A DNA stretch of 64,000 bases from Bacteroidales bacterium (lineage in GTDB: Bacteria; Bacteroidota; Bacteroidia; Bacteroidales; P3), in NCBI GenBank assembly GCA_022482545.1, contig JAKVOZ010000002.1, forward strand, positions 66,473-130,472, written 5' to 3'. Position numbers and translations under genes: made by a program. The notes beneath the pieces were generated by a model. That model saw only the letters and a program-made list of their open reading frames with translations, had not been told where the DNA came from and did not search any database. Positions 50,551 to 62,252 of the stretch are shown piece after piece (position 1 is the stretch's first letter; every line of letters begins with the position of its first letter).

Positions 50551-51174
50551 ATGCAAAAATACATTATTTTTAATAAATATAACAAAATAACGATAGTAAA
50601 AAATGGTTTTGAAAAAATAAAATTTCAACAAACCAAACTAATCAACTGTTTTTCAAATAATTTATCATCAATTGATTTTTTTCAATATTTTAAAGAAGAA
50701 TGTAAAGATGATATAATATTGGTTGCAAATGATGTTTCGATTGAAGATGTTTTTAAGTACGCAATAAAAGGTTTAAAGTTTGTTCTTGCAGCAGGCGGAG
50801 TGGTGGAAAATGAACAAGATGAGGTGTTGTTTATGTTTAGAAATGGAGAATGGGATTTGCCAAAAGGTCATTGGGAACAAGGAGAAACAATACAAACAAC
50901 AGCAAAAAGAGAAGTTATGGAAGAATGTGGTATGAAAATTCTTGAAGAAAAAGAATTTTTAGCAAAAACATATCATACTTATGTGATGAATGGTGTAAGA
51001 GAAATAAAGGAAACATCTTGGTATAGAATGTTTTGTCTTAAACAAGAGAAACTAATACCGCAAACAATTGAAGGTATAGATAAACTTGTTTGGGTAAAAA
51101 AAGACAAAATACAAGAAATACTTGAAAAATCTTATCCAAGCATACAACAATTATTCAAAGAAATTTCACTATAA
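50551..51174 (+). CDS. NUDIX hydrolase with N-terminal extension
   Basis: 207 aa, Nudix box GHWEQGETIQTTAKREVMEECG. Confidence 0.82.
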   Translation: MQKYIIFNKYNKITIVKNGFEKIKFQQTKLINCFSNNLSSIDFFQYFKEECKDDIILVANDVSIEDVFKYAIKGLKFVLAAGGVVENEQDEVLFMFRNGEWDLPKGHWEQGETIQTTAKREVMEECGMKILEEKEFLAKTYHTYVMNGVREIKETSWYRMFCLKQEKLIPQTIEGIDKLVWVKKDKIQEILEKSYPSIQQLFKEISL

Positions 51175-51212
51175 AAACGTTTTGATAATTAGAGGTTTAT
51201 AAATTATTGAAA

Positions 51213-51275
51213 AAAACGAAGAGATATTTTGTTAAAACGAAGAGATAATGAAATATTACGAGAAAATAATCAATT
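51213..51275. repeat. D-array copy: AAAACGAAGAGATA units (21 + 24 + partial)
   Basis: Units at 51213, 51234 and 51258. An AAGATTGTT word follows at 51282-51290. Confidence 0.7.
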
Positions 51276-51384
51276 AAAATGAAGATTGTTTTTTTTGAGA
51301 AGTTTTTTACTTACAGAAAATTAAAAAAAGAGCGTTGCTAAAATTATTATCATATAAAATAGAAGATAATTAGAGAAAAAATTA

Positions 51385-51392
51385 TATCTTTG
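51385..51392 (+). promoter_or_regulatory. candidate -7 box TATCTTTG
   Basis: Matches TAnnTTTG, 42 nt upstream of the ATG at 51434. Confidence 0.5.
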
Positions 51393-51433
51393 CAACTTTG
51401 AAATAAAATTAATAAAAGAAATAAAACTAATAA

Positions 51434-52447
51434 ATGGATAAATTAAATTTAAAAGGAACACTAAAATTCCTTTCAAAATATAAAAAAATACTTATTGGAA
51501 CATTTATTTTGTCAGCTATTATAGCAGCAGTTATATCATTGTTTTTACCAAATTATTATAAATCACAAGTACTTCTTTTACCAAGTGAAACGAATGCTGT
51601 ATCTCAAGGAATATTGAGCGTAACAGATAGGTCAGACCCTCTTGTTTATGGAACTGAGAAAGAAAGTGAATATATGATGGAGATGCTTACAAGTTATCAA
51701 ATAATGGAAGAGGTTATAAATAAATTTGATTTGGCAACTCATTATGGGATAAATAAAAATAATATTATGGCTTCTGATATATTACAAAGGAAATTGTTAA
51801 ATAATATTAAGGTAAAACGTTCAGATTATTTGGGAGTAAAACTTACGGTTTGGGATAAAAATCCAAAATATGCGGCAAACATTGCTAATTATATGGTGGA
51901 AAGATTAGAGAATCTTAGAAACAAAATGAAACAAGCAAAAACAGATAGTATTTTAGTTGTTGTTCAAAGAAGTAGAGATAGAATTAGAAAAGATATACAA
52001 GTTGTGGCTGATTCAATTTCTACATTAAGTAAAGAGAGTGGAGTATATTTTCCTGATAATTATGAAGACCGTTTTGCAGAAGAATTATCAAAACAAGTTG
52101 CAAAAGGAAATAATGTTGCAATAAGTAGATTGGAAAGCAAGATGAAACAAAATGATATTTATGGGTCAAGAATACAAAATCTAAGATACCAATTGGAGAA
52201 TAAGAATAAGAGTTTGATGTTTTGGGACGAACAATATGAGAAAGCATTAGTTAATGTAGAGTCTCAAATACCAACAGATTTTATAGTAGAAAGTGCTGCT
52301 CCATCATTTACAAAAGATAAACCTCATCGTTCTATAATTGTTCTTATAGCAGCGTTGTGTTGTACGCTTTTGGCGGCAGAAGTGTTAATAATAAAAGAAA
52401 AATATATATCTTCTAAAAGTGAAGATGAAGGAAATAGTAAAGAATAA
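51434..52447 (+). CDS. Wzz-like polysaccharide chain-length determinant protein
   Basis: 337 aa. N- and C-terminal TM helices flank a coiled periplasmic region. LPNYYKSQVLLLP motif. Confidence 0.7.
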   Translation: MDKLNLKGTLKFLSKYKKILIGTFILSAIIAAVISLFLPNYYKSQVLLLPSETNAVSQGILSVTDRSDPLVYGTEKESEYMMEMLTSYQIMEEVINKFDLATHYGINKNNIMASDILQRKLLNNIKVKRSDYLGVKLTVWDKNPKYAANIANYMVERLENLRNKMKQAKTDSILVVVQRSRDRIRKDIQVVADSISTLSKESGVYFPDNYEDRFAEELSKQVAKGNNVAISRLESKMKQNDIYGSRIQNLRYQLENKNKSLMFWDEQYEKALVNVESQIPTDFIVESAAPSFTKDKPHRSIIVLIAALCCTLLAAEVLIIKEKYISSKSEDEGNSKE

Positions 52448-53897
52448 CAAACAAAACATAATCCTTATAAGCCTTGTATGTTTGGCATTTCTTGCTATTG
52501 GATACGAAGCAGTAAAATATGAGTATTATAATTATGCATATTTTCCATTAATAATACTTGGAATATTTTTTATTATATTCAAATTTTATTATTCGGTGTT
52601 TTTGGTTGCACTCTTAACTCCGTTTTCATTGTTTATTAGGTTTGAATCTTTTTCAATAACGTTGCCCACTGAGCCTATACTAATTATTATTATGGTAGTA
52701 TTTCTTTGGGAGATGTTCCTTAATAAAAAATATGAAGTTAAATACGTTAAAAATCCCATAAGTATGATGATATTAATTAATATATCATGGATGCTTGTTT
52801 CAGCAATATTTAGTTGGGATTTTGTTGTGTCAATAAAATATATAGTATCAAGATTGTGGTTTGTTATTCCATGTTATTTTATGATGCTTATGGTTTTTAA
52901 AGATATAACTAAAATAAGACTATTTGTTCTTGTTTATGGTATTTCGCTTAGTATTATTATAATTATTTCAACAATAAAATATGCACTAACAGGATTTAAT
53001 CATGATTTTGCTGATTATATAATGTGTCCATTTTACAATGATCATACAGCTTATGGAGCAGCAATAGCTTTATTTGTACCTATATGTTCATTTTATTTAT
53101 TTTCCAATAAAGAAGTTTGTCCTAATAAATATTATAGAGTATTATTTGCTTTTATTGAGTTTTGTTTGTTTATAGGATTAATATTTTCTTACGCAAGAGC
53201 AGCATGGATAAGTATAGCAGTGCCTTTTGTTATATATGCTCTTGTTAAAATGAAAATAAAACTTAGAACATTATTTGCGATTTTTGTTGTGTTTGTAATA
53301 GCACTTTCAGTATCATGGACAGGTGTTGTTCAAAAATTACAAAAGAACAATCAAGATTCTTCTGGAAACATAGTTAAACATATAAATTCCATAAGTAATA
53401 TATCAACAGATGCTTCCAATGTTGAAAGAATAAATCGTTGGGCATCAGCTTTTAGAATGACAAAAGAAAGACCAATAACAGGTTGGGGAGTTGGAACATA
53501 TCAATTTGTTTATGGTAGTTTTCAACATTCATCTCAAAGAACTCCAATATCAACAAATGAAGGAATACTTGGAAATGCTCATAGTGAATATATAGGACCA
53601 TTGTGTGAGCAAGGATATATTGGTTGCTTGATTATAATAGTTATGTTTGGAACAACGATATATATAGGTATAAAAACTTTTCATCAATCCAAGAACAAGA
53701 ATATTGCAAATCTTTCGTTATTTATTACATTGAGTTTAATAACATATTATACACATGGATTTTTGAATAATTTTCTTGATACAGATAAATTAGCAGTACC
53801 TTTTTGGACTTTTACTGCAATGATTACAGCATTGAATATATATTCAGATAAAAAAGAAGAAACAAATAAAAATATTATAGAAATAAAACGAAAATAA
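52419..53897 (+). CDS. O-antigen ligase / Wzy_C family membrane protein
   Basis: 492 aa polytopic. [11 protein letters not shown] and [12 protein letters not shown] loop motifs. Confidence 0.75.
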   Translation: MKMKEIVKNNKQNIILISLVCLAFLAIGYEAVKYEYYNYAYFPLIILGIFFIIFKFYYSVFLVALLTPFSLFIRFESFSITLPTEPILIIIMVVFLWEMFLNKKYEVKYVKNPISMMILINISWMLVSAIFSWDFVVSIKYIVSRLWFVIPCYFMMLMVFKDITKIRLFVLVYGISLSIIIIISTIKYALTGFNHDFADYIMCPFYNDHTAYGAAIALFVPICSFYLFSNKEVCPNKYYRVLFAFIEFCLFIGLIFSYARAAWISIAVPFVIYALVKMKIKLRTLFAIFVVFVIALSVSWTGVVQKLQKNNQDSSGNIVKHINSISNISTDASNVERINRWASAFRMTKERPITGWGVGTYQFVYGSFQHSSQRTPISTNEGILGNAHSEYIGPLCEQGYIGCLIIIVMFGTTIYIGIKTFHQSKNKNIANLSLFITLSLITYYTHGFLNNFLDTDKLAVPFWTFTAMITALNIYSDKKEETNKNIIEIKRK

Positions 53898-53898
53898 G

Positions 53899-56800
53899 AT
53901 GTCAAATTTTTTAGCAACATTATTTGGAAATAAATCACAAAGAGATTTAAGAGAAATAAAACCGATTTTAGATAAATGTCTGCAAGCTTATGAAGTGGTT
54001 AAAACACTAAGCAATGATGAATTGAGAGCAAAGACAATAGAATTTAAAACATTAATAAAAGAATCTGTTAAGAACGAAGAAGCAGAGAAAAAAGAAATAA
54101 GAGAAGCCTTAGATACTAATTTTGATATGTCAATTGATGAGAAACAAAAGGCATACACAAAAATAGAAGACCTTGATAAAAGGATTTATGATAAGACGCA
54201 AGATATTTTGAATAATATTCTTCCAGAAGCTTTTTCTGTCGTTAAGGAAACAGCAAAACGTTTTTTTGATAATGAACAAGTTGTTGTAACAGCAACTGAT
54301 TTTGATAAGAAACTTGCTACAACAAGAGATAATATAACAATATCAGGAGATAAAGCTATATATAAAAATTCTTGGATGGCAGGAGGAAGTATGATAACTT
54401 GGGATATGGTACATTATGATGTGCAGATTATTGGAGGAATAGTACTTCACCAAGGGAAAATATCAGAAATGGCAACAGGTGAAGGAAAAACATTAGTAGC
54501 TACATTGCCAATTTATCTTAACTCATTAGCAGGAAAAGGTGTTCATGTTGTAACAGTTAATGATTATCTTGCTAAACGTGATAGTGAATGGATGGGAATG
54601 TTGTTTGAATTTCATGGACTTAGTGTTGATTGTATTGATAAACACGAGCCAAATAGTGAAGAAAGAAGGCAAGCATATAATTGTGATGTAACATATGGTA
54701 CAAATAATGAGTTTGGTTTTGATTATCTTAGAGATAATATGTGTAGTAATATTAATGAGATAGTACAAAGAGAACATAATTATGCAATAGTAGATGAGGT
54801 AGATTCTGTTTTGATAGATGATGCTCGTACTCCACTTATAATTTCAGGACCAACACCAAAAGGAGAAGATCAAGAGTTTGATAGATTTTGTCCAATTATA
54901 GAAAAACTTTATAATGCACAAAGACAAGAAGTAAATCAAATTATCGCAGATGCAAGAAAAAAATTAGAATCAGATAATGTTACAGATCAAGATAAACAAC
55001 AAGGAGGGATATTACTTCTTAGAGCACATCATGGACTTCCAAAAACAAAAGCATTAATTAAATTGCTTTCAGAGCCAGGAATGAGAGCATTGAAATTAAA
55101 GACGGAAAATTTCTATATGCAAGATCAAGGTAAAGAGATGCATGTTATTGATGATGATCTTTATTTTGTAATAGATGAGCAACAAAATACAATAGAACTT
55201 ACAGAGAAAGGTATGGATTTTCTTGCAAAACTTGGAGAAGACCCAAAATTCTATCAATTGCCAGATGTTGGTTCTCAATTAGCAGAGCTTGAACAAGAAA
55301 CTATTACTGCAGAAGAAAAATCTAAAAAGAAAGATGAAATAATGCAGACTTTTGCTATTCAAAGTGATAGAGTACATACAATAAATCAACTTTTGAAAGC
55401 TTATACGTTGTTTGAAAATAATGTTGAATATGTTGTTATTAATAATCAAGTAAAGATTGTTGATGAACAAACAGGTCGTATTATGGAAGGAAGACGTTAT
55501 TCTGATGGATTACACCAAGCAATAGAAGCAAAGGAAAAAGTAAAAGTAGAAGCAGCTACTCAAACATATGCAACAATAACTCTTCAAAACTATTTCCGTA
55601 TGTACAAAAAACTTGCAGGTATGACAGGTACTGCTGAAACAGAAGCTGGTGAGTTTTGGAATATATACAAATTAGATGTTGTAACAATACCAACTAATCG
55701 TCCAGTTATTCGTGTAGACCATAATGATTTAATATATAAAACAAAGAGAGAAAAATTTGCTGCAGTAATACAAGAAGTTGAAAATCTTAGAGAACAAAAT
55801 CGCCCGGTATTAATTGGTACAGTAGATGTTGATACATCAGAACTTCTAAGTAAGATGTTAAAATTGAGAAAAATTCCTCATCAAGTATTAAATGCTAAAC
55901 TACATCAAAAAGAAGCAGAAATTGTTTCTTTGGCAGGTAGAGCAGGAGCAGTAACAATTGCAACTAATATGGCTGGTAGAGGAACAGATATTAAGCTTGG
56001 AGAAGGCGTAAGAGAAGCTGGTGGTTTGGCTATTATTGGTACAGAAAGACACGAATCAAGACGTGTTGACCGTCAGTTGAGAGGCCGTGCGGGAAGACAG
56101 GGAGACCCAGGAAGTAGTCAATTCTTCGTTTCTTTGGAAGATAAGCTTATGCGTTTGTTTGGTTCAGAAAGAATGGTGAAGGTTATGGACCGTTTAGGTA
56201 TTCAAGAAGGAGAAGTTATTCAGCATTCAATGATGACAAAGAGCATTGAAAGAGCACAAAGAAAAGTAGAAGAGAATAATTTTGGTATTAGAAAACGTTT
56301 GCTTGAATATGATGATGTTATGAATAATCAAAGAACAGTTATTTATACTAAACGTCATAATGCTTTATATGGCGACAAGCTTGCAATAGATATTTCTAAT
56401 ATGATATATGATTGCATTGCAGTTTTGATAGATAATTATGAGTATGATTACCCTGAACTTGTTTCGCAATTTATAAAGATATGTGGTTTTGAATTCCCAA
56501 TAGATGAAGAAACTTTTAATCATAATCGTAAGAATATTAATAAAGATATAGCTTATGAAAGCGTTTATAAGTATTATAAAGAAAGAATGGAAAGAATATC
56601 ATTTCTTGCCTTTCCTTTTGTAAAGAATTTGGTTGAAAGCAAATCTACAAAATATGAAAATGTTGCTTTTCCTATCACTGATGGAATAAAGATGATAAAT
56701 GCAATAGCTCCAATAAAGAAATCATTTGAGACAGAAGGAAAAGAAATAGCACTTTCTGTTGAAAAGAGTATTACTTTGCAGATAATAGATAATGCTTGGA

Positions 56801-57183
56801 AAGAACATCTTAGAGAACTTGATGATTTAAAACAAAATGTACAGAATGCTTCTTATGAGCAAAAAGACCCATTGGTTGTATATAAACTTGAAAGTTTTAA
56901 TTTGTTTGAGGCAATGTTGATTAATATTAATAAGGAGATAACATCATTCCTTTGTAGAGCATCACTTCCAATATCTGAAGACCAAATTAGAGAAACAGAT
57001 GAACCGACAACAGATCAAAAAGGTATAAAAACATCAAGAGAAGAGGTGAGCACAAATACATCAAATGAACCTCAAAAACAACAACCTATTCATGTTGATA
57101 AAAAAATAGGAAGAAATGATCCTTGTCCTTGTGGTAGTGGTAAAAAATATAAGAATTGCCATGGAAAGAATCTTGCAGAATAA
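53899..57183 (+). CDS. secA: preprotein translocase ATPase SecA
   Basis: 1094 aa, [34 protein letters not shown]-terminal zinc motif [14 protein letters not shown]. Confidence 0.97.
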   Translation: MSNFLATLFGNKSQRDLREIKPILDKCLQAYEVVKTLSNDELRAKTIEFKTLIKESVKNEEAEKKEIREALDTNFDMSIDEKQKAYTKIEDLDKRIYDKTQDILNNILPEAFSVVKETAKRFFDNEQVVVTATDFDKKLATTRDNITISGDKAIYKNSWMAGGSMITWDMVHYDVQIIGGIVLHQGKISEMATGEGKTLVATLPIYLNSLAGKGVHVVTVNDYLAKRDSEWMGMLFEFHGLSVDCIDKHEPNSEERRQAYNCDVTYGTNNEFGFDYLRDNMCSNINEIVQREHNYAIVDEVDSVLIDDARTPLIISGPTPKGEDQEFDRFCPIIEKLYNAQRQEVNQIIADARKKLESDNVTDQDKQQGGILLLRAHHGLPKTKALIKLLSEPGMRALKLKTENFYMQDQGKEMHVIDDDLYFVIDEQQNTIELTEKGMDFLAKLGEDPKFYQLPDVGSQLAELEQETITAEEKSKKKDEIMQTFAIQSDRVHTINQLLKAYTLFENNVEYVVINNQVKIVDEQTGRIMEGRRYSDGLHQAIEAKEKVKVEAATQTYATITLQNYFRMYKKLAGMTGTAETEAGEFWNIYKLDVVTIPTNRPVIRVDHNDLIYKTKREKFAAVIQEVENLREQNRPVLIGTVDVDTSELLSKMLKLRKIPHQVLNAKLHQKEAEIVSLAGRAGAVTIATNMAGRGTDIKLGEGVREAGGLAIIGTERHESRRVDRQLRGRAGRQGDPGSSQFFVSLEDKLMRLFGSERMVKVMDRLGIQEGEVIQHSMMTKSIERAQRKVEENNFGIRKRLLEYDDVMNNQRTVIYTKRHNALYGDKLAIDISNMIYDCIAVLIDNYEYDYPELVSQFIKICGFEFPIDEETFNHNRKNINKDIAYESVYKYYKERMERISFLAFPFVKNLVESKSTKYENVAFPITDGIKMINAIAPIKKSFETEGKEIALSVEKSITLQIIDNAWKEHLRELDDLKQNVQNASYEQKDPLVVYKLESFNLFEAMLININKEITSFLCRASLPISEDQIRETDEPTTDQKGIKTSREEVSTNTSNEPQKQQPIHVDKKIGRNDPCPCGSGKKYKNCHGKNLAE

Positions 57184-57205
57184 AATAAATATTTAAATAT
57201 ATATC

Positions 57206-57242
57206 ATTAGGTGAAGAGATAAAAACTTCACCTAATTTTTTT
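57206..57242 (+). terminator. intrinsic terminator after secA
   Basis: Perfect 11-bp stem ATTAGGTGAAG/CTTCACCTAAT, 9-nt loop, T-run. Confidence 0.8.
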
Positions 57243-57304
57243 ATGATAACAAAAATTTATGTTGGAATAAATGGATAATGAAATAAAACGCTGTTTTATT
57301 AAAA

Positions 57305-57370
57305 TACAACAGCGATGTACTGTCAGTACAACGGCGATGTATTATCAGTACAACGGCGATGTATTTTATT
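57305..57370. repeat. A-array copy 3 (three 22-bp units TACAACRGCGATGTAYTNTCAG)
   Basis: Units at 57305, 57327 and 57349. A C-type inverted doublet follows at 57398-57447. Confidence 0.9.
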
Positions 57371-57605
57371 AGTATTTTATTTCATTTATAAAGAACTCTA
57401 TTTCTTTCTAATACATGTGCCTCACTTATGTTGAATAGAAAGAATAGATAAAAAATATTTAAAAGAAAAAAACAACATAAAACAATAATAAAAATCTTTA
57501 AATGTAAAAAAATGCCAAAAAATTTGGTTTTATGAAAAAAATAGTATTATTTTGCACACTCTAAAAATTAAATGTAAAAATTGTTTAATAATTAAAATAA
57601 AAAAA

Positions 57606-58136
57606 ATGAAGAAGAGATGGTACTTTTTGCTAATAGCTTTAATAATATCTATTAGTGGTTTCTCGCAAACAACAGAAGTTACAATTGGAACAGGCACTTC
57701 TACTAATGAACATAGCCCGTTTAATACATTTGTTAGTAATAATTTTTCTCAGCATATTTATACTGCTGCGGAGGTAGGACATTCTGGAACAATAACGAGA
57801 CTAAGTTATAATAATACTAGTTCTTATATTTGTTCAAGGACAATATCTGTTTATATGGCAGAAAATTCAAAAGCATCATTTTCTTCAGCTTCTGATATTT
57901 TACCATTAAGTAATTTTACGTTAGTGTATAATGGTAGTGTTACTTTTAATGGGTGGAGCCAAATAAATTTAACGACTTCTTTTGCTTATCAAGATACAGC
58001 AAATTTAATAATTGCTATTGTTGATAATACAAGCAATTATGAGGAACAGTCAATAGAGTTTGCTTCAAGTACAACAACAAACACATCAAATCTTTATTGG
58101 TTTAATGATAATGAAACTTTTGATGTGAATAATTAA
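57606..58136 (+). CDS. 5' fragment of a T9SS-sorted giant surface protein (signal peptide + first module)
   Basis: MKKRWYFLLIALIISISGFSQ signal peptide. The ORF-track start at 57552 is a TTG; the ATG at 57606 is the likelier start. Ends at the TAA at 58134-58136. Confidence 0.7.
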   Translation: MKKRWYFLLIALIISISGFSQTTEVTIGTGTSTNEHSPFNTFVSNNFSQHIYTAAEVGHSGTITRLSYNNTSSYICSRTISVYMAENSKASFSSASDILPLSNFTLVYNGSVTFNGWSQINLTTSFAYQDTANLIIAIVDNTSNYEEQSIEFASSTTTNTSNLYWFNDNETFDVNN

Positions 58137-58174
58137 CGGTACCTGTAACATCAGGAGAGTATGTTGGTAGTGGA

Positions 58175-61100
58175 ATGGATGCTAATCGTCCTAATATAAA
58201 ATTAAACATCACACCATTTGGAACACTATTTTGTTATACTCCAACGGAATTAAATATAACAAATAAGCAAACAAATAGTGCAACAGCTTCTTGGCAGAGT
58301 GCCCAAAATGCTTCTTCATACACAGTAGAATATAAACTTAACACAGCAACGACATGGACAGTTGCAAATAATGCAGTAGTAGATACATTTTATAATATTA
58401 CAGGATTAGCATCTGCCTCAGGATATGATGTAAGAGTAAAAACAAATTGTAGCGCAACAAATCAATCAGAATATATAGAAGGAAGTTTTCGTACGCAATG
58501 CCAAGCCGTAGCAACACCATATACTTATGGTTTTGAAGAAGATTGGGTTAGTGGTTCAGGAATAAGTAATAGGAATGCACCACCTTGTTGGACTGTTCTT
58601 GATGGAGGAGTTCAAAATGCTTCTGATAGTTATTTTTGGATGTCAGAAAGTAATGAATACTATACAGTTCATGGAGGAAATAAATGTGCTGGTATTTATA
58701 CTGATTACGCACAAGCACAACATAATGATTGGTTAATCACGCCTAAGATTACATTAACAGGAAATAATAGATTAACGTTCTATGCGCAAAGAGCTAATGA
58801 AGAGACAGATGAACCAGAAGAAATATCTGTATGGATATCAACAAATGCAACAATAGATACAACAGGACTTGCAAGTGGAAATGCTTTGAGTGGTTTTACT
58901 CAATTGATTCAAACAGAAATACCACAAGGGGCATGGAGAAGATATGAGGTTAATCTTTCTGAATATAGTGGAGATGCTTATATAGCTTTTGTTAGAAGAA
59001 ATACACCTTATGATGGATATAGACTTTTGTTAGATGATGTAACAATAGATTCAATGCCAGATTGTCCTGGTGTATATAATACATCTTTAAGTTTAGTTTC
59101 TCAATCAAGTATAAATGTTAATTTTGATACAATTAATAGTAAAGGTATGGGTTGGATAATTGCTTATGGAACAGCAAACGATAGTGCAAGTTTTAATCCA
59201 TCAACAGTTGCTAATCCAATAACAATAACATCTTCTACGCAATTACCTTATGAAATCACAGGATTAAATGCAAATACTACATATTATGTATCAGTAAAAC
59301 AAAATTGTGGCGGAGGACAATGGTCTAATTATGTTAGTGAATTTATTCCAAATATAAAACAAGTAACAATACCATATACTCAACATTTTGATACAACAAA
59401 TGTAAAAGAGATTACTTTTATTGCTAATGATTCAATAAATAAATGGTATATTGGTAATGCAACAAATGCTGATACAAATAATACAACAAGTGGAGCTTTA
59501 TATATATCAAATAATAACGGAACTAACAATACAGCAACATATCCAGTTGGAAATTGGGCATCAACTCCTTATAGTTATGCGCAGATGTATGTTAAGTTTC
59601 CACAAGGAAAAGAATTTCATTTAGATTTTGATTATAAAAATGAAGGCGGATATTTGAATGTGTATTGTATGGACGTAAATTATAAATTAGAAAATACAAA
59701 TATACCAAATTATGAGTATAGATTAAGACAATATACAGATTCTAATACATGGAAACATGATAAGATTGTATTTGATAGTACTAATTCTAATACATATAAA
59801 AAGATTATATTTCTTTGGTATGCAGAGAATGGTTGGGACGATGCAGAATCTGGAATTCCAGCAGCAATAGACAATATAGACTTTACTAATGTTTCTTGTG
59901 CAAAGCCAAATGAATTACATCTTGTTACAAAAGATACATCAAAAGCAGTAGTTGCTTGGCATGATATTAATTTATCTGGTTCTTATGTTGTGGAATATAA
60001 ACAATCAACAACAGATTTATGGAGTAGAATGGTTGCTTCAGATACAATAGTAACAATAACAGGATTAATTCCAAGTACAGAATATGATGTAAGAGTATAT
60101 TCAAAATGTACAGCTAATGATTCTTCATTAATTTCATCTTCAATATCTTTCTATACTGAATGTAGTTATCAAACAATACCATATATTGAAGATTTTACTT
60201 CTAATGTTGTTTCAAGTACTTGTTGGAGTACATATCAAGGACAATTAACAAATAATTCATCTTTAACAAATTATGATTATTATTCTTGGGCTTATAATCA
60301 AACAGAACATAATGTACGACTTAATATATATGGTACATCTTGTAATTATTGGTTAGTAACACCAACAATAAACCTTGGAACAGATGGAATTACAAAACAA
60401 ATAGAATTAGATGTTGCATTAAAGGCATATAGTGGAGATGGAGAACCACAAACAGCAGGAACAGATGATAAGTTCGCTATTGTAGTTTCTCGTGATAATG
60501 GACTTACTTGGTCTGATACTAATGCTTATATTTGGAAAGCAGGTGATTCAATAAGAAATTATTATTCATTTGGAGTTAATTCTCAACATTTAGTAATACC
60601 TTTATATGATTCAGTACAAAACGTTCCAATTCAAGGATTAATTAAAATAGCATTTTATGGTGAAAGTACTGTAAGTAATAATGATAATAACATATTCATA
60701 TCAAATTTAGATGTTAATAATTGGAATAGTTGCATAAAACCAACATCTCTTGCAGTAACTCATAAAACAGACACAAGTTTTGTATTTGGATTTACCGAGA
60801 ATGGAACAGCAACTTCATGGCAATATGTTATAGGTAATTATGGTATGGATCCAGATAATGGGACTCCTGTTAATATTACATCAACAACAGATACAATAAT
60901 AGGTTTAACTCCTGCAACAAGATATACATTATCAGTACGTAGTATTTGCGGTAACGGATATTCAGAGTGGAGTAATCCAATAGATATTAAAACAACATCA
61001 ATTCCAGCAACATTACCTTATGTATGTGATTTTGAAAATGCAACAGAAAATAATAATTGGGCAATAGATAATGGAGGATGTATAAATAAATGGTATATAG

Positions 61101-62152
61101 CAACGCCTAATGGAGTAAATGGTTCAAAATTATTTGTTTCTTTCAATGGAACAGATACAACTTATGATGAAAGCTCAGCATCTGTTGTTGTTGCAGAAAG
61201 ATTATTAAATATGGGAACAGCTGATAGTGTGTCTGTATCATTTGATTTAAAGATAGGAGGAGAAGCAAGTGAATATGGTAAGAATTATGATTATCTTAAA
61301 GTTTATTTGTTAGACCAAGATACAACATATAGTTCAACAACAAGTTATAATGTATTTTATGCAAATGAAGAATATTCAAATAATATAATAGTTAGAACAT
61401 CAATAGAAGATAAATATATTTGCAATCTTCAACCTAATACAATACATTTGGGTAACATAGTACATAATCAGCAAAATAAAATAAAGAAACTTGTCTTTGT
61501 TTGGGTTAATGATGGAAGCCAAGGTAATCAACCAGGAGCAATAATAGATAATATTTCAGTTGTGCCTGTAATGCCAAGTATAGATAGTGTTGTAACAGAA
61601 GAGCCAACAGAAGTTGAGGCAACAACAGCAACATTAAATGGAAATTTAATAAGTTTGGCAAAACCAAAAGTAAATGTTAGACTTGGATTTGTTCTTTCTA
61701 CAACAAATAATCCAGAATTAACAACAGCAGGAATTGAAAATGATACAGTTGGTTTTACTCCAAATATGGCTACGTTTAACAAACAAATAACTAACCTTCA
61801 ATCTGCAACTCCATATTATTATCGTGCTTATGTTATAAACAACAACGATACAACTTATGGACAAACTAAGATATTTACGACAAAGAGCGGATTACTTGAT
61901 GTTGAAAATAATGTAAATATTTCAATTTATCCAAATCCAACAACAAATGATGCAACATTAGAAGTTAAAGGATTAAAAGAGAAGGCAAATGTTGTAATGA
62001 TAGATGTTCAAGGAAGAGTTGTTAGTAGTCAGGTTATGGCATTAGGACAAACAACTTTAACAATAAAGAGAAATAATTTAGCAAGCGGAGTATATTATAT
62101 AAGAGTTATTACAGATAATCAAACTCGCACAGAGAAATTGATAATCAAATAA
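58175..62152 (+). CDS. 3' fragment of a T9SS-sorted giant surface protein (four FN3 + lectin/choice-of-anchor-J-like module pairs, T9SS CTD)
   Basis: 1325 aa with no signal peptide. The frame is open from 58133. Repeated CxxPxxL...W...Y.VEYK...TGL...Y.V.V...C FN3-like modules and DWLITPKI / YWLVTPTI modules. CTD IYPNPTTNDATLEV...GVYYIRVITDN...LIIK. Confidence 0.8.
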   Translation: MDANRPNIKLNITPFGTLFCYTPTELNITNKQTNSATASWQSAQNASSYTVEYKLNTATTWTVANNAVVDTFYNITGLASASGYDVRVKTNCSATNQSEYIEGSFRTQCQAVATPYTYGFEEDWVSGSGISNRNAPPCWTVLDGGVQNASDSYFWMSESNEYYTVHGGNKCAGIYTDYAQAQHNDWLITPKITLTGNNRLTFYAQRANEETDEPEEISVWISTNATIDTTGLASGNALSGFTQLIQTEIPQGAWRRYEVNLSEYSGDAYIAFVRRNTPYDGYRLLLDDVTIDSMPDCPGVYNTSLSLVSQSSINVNFDTINSKGMGWIIAYGTANDSASFNPSTVANPITITSSTQLPYEITGLNANTTYYVSVKQNCGGGQWSNYVSEFIPNIKQVTIPYTQHFDTTNVKEITFIANDSINKWYIGNATNADTNNTTSGALYISNNNGTNNTATYPVGNWASTPYSYAQMYVKFPQGKEFHLDFDYKNEGGYLNVYCMDVNYKLENTNIPNYEYRLRQYTDSNTWKHDKIVFDSTNSNTYKKIIFLWYAENGWDDAESGIPAAIDNIDFTNVSCAKPNELHLVTKDTSKAVVAWHDINLSGSYVVEYKQSTTDLWSRMVASDTIVTITGLIPSTEYDVRVYSKCTANDSSLISSSISFYTECSYQTIPYIEDFTSNVVSSTCWSTYQGQLTNNSSLTNYDYYSWAYNQTEHNVRLNIYGTSCNYWLVTPTINLGTDGITKQIELDVALKAYSGDGEPQTAGTDDKFAIVVSRDNGLTWSDTNAYIWKAGDSIRNYYSFGVNSQHLVIPLYDSVQNVPIQGLIKIAFYGESTVSNNDNNIFISNLDVNNWNSCIKPTSLAVTHKTDTSFVFGFTENGTATSWQYVIGNYGMDPDNGTPVNITSTTDTIIGLTPATRYTLSVRSICGNGYSEWSNPIDIKTTSIPATLPYVCDFENATENNNWAIDNGGCINKWYIATPNGVNGSKLFVSFNGTDTTYDESSASVVVAERLLNMGTADSVSVSFDLKIGGEASEYGKNYDYLKVYLLDQDTTYSSTTSYNVFYANEEYSNNIIVRTSIEDKYICNLQPNTIHLGNIVHNQQNKIKKLVFVWVNDGSQGNQPGAIIDNISVVPVMPSIDSVVTEEPTEVEATTATLNGNLISLAKPKVNVRLGFVLSTTNNPELTTAGIENDTVGFTPNMATFNKQITNLQSATPYYYRAYVINNNDTTYGQTKIFTTKSGLLDVENNVNISIYPNPTTNDATLEVKGLKEKANVVMIDVQGRVVSSQVMALGQTTLTIKRNNLASGVYYIRVITDNQTRTEKLIIK

Positions 62153-62177
62153 AGCTTAAAATATATTTATAAGATTA

Positions 62178-62212
62178 AAGAGTGGTAATATTAAAATTAT
62201 CACTCTTTTTTT
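62178..62212 (+). terminator. intrinsic terminator
   Basis: 11-bp stem AGAGTGGTAAT/ATTATCACTCT (one G-U pair), 6-nt loop, T7 run. Confidence 0.7.
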
Positions 62213-62252
62213 ATGATTATACATATAATAAATATTATAAGAACCATTTATA

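Noticed and set aside
57543-57554. Promoter box for the adhesin gene (TTATTTTG)
   Set aside because: It is one position off the TAnnTTTG consensus, so it is not reported as a feature.
58122-58140. Programmed ribosomal frameshift joining the two adhesin ORFs
   Set aside because: A -1 shift is needed, but GTGAATAATTAACGG has no X-XXY-YYZ slippery heptamer. I saw no obvious downstream stimulatory structure. A +1 shift at the stop would enter the wrong frame.
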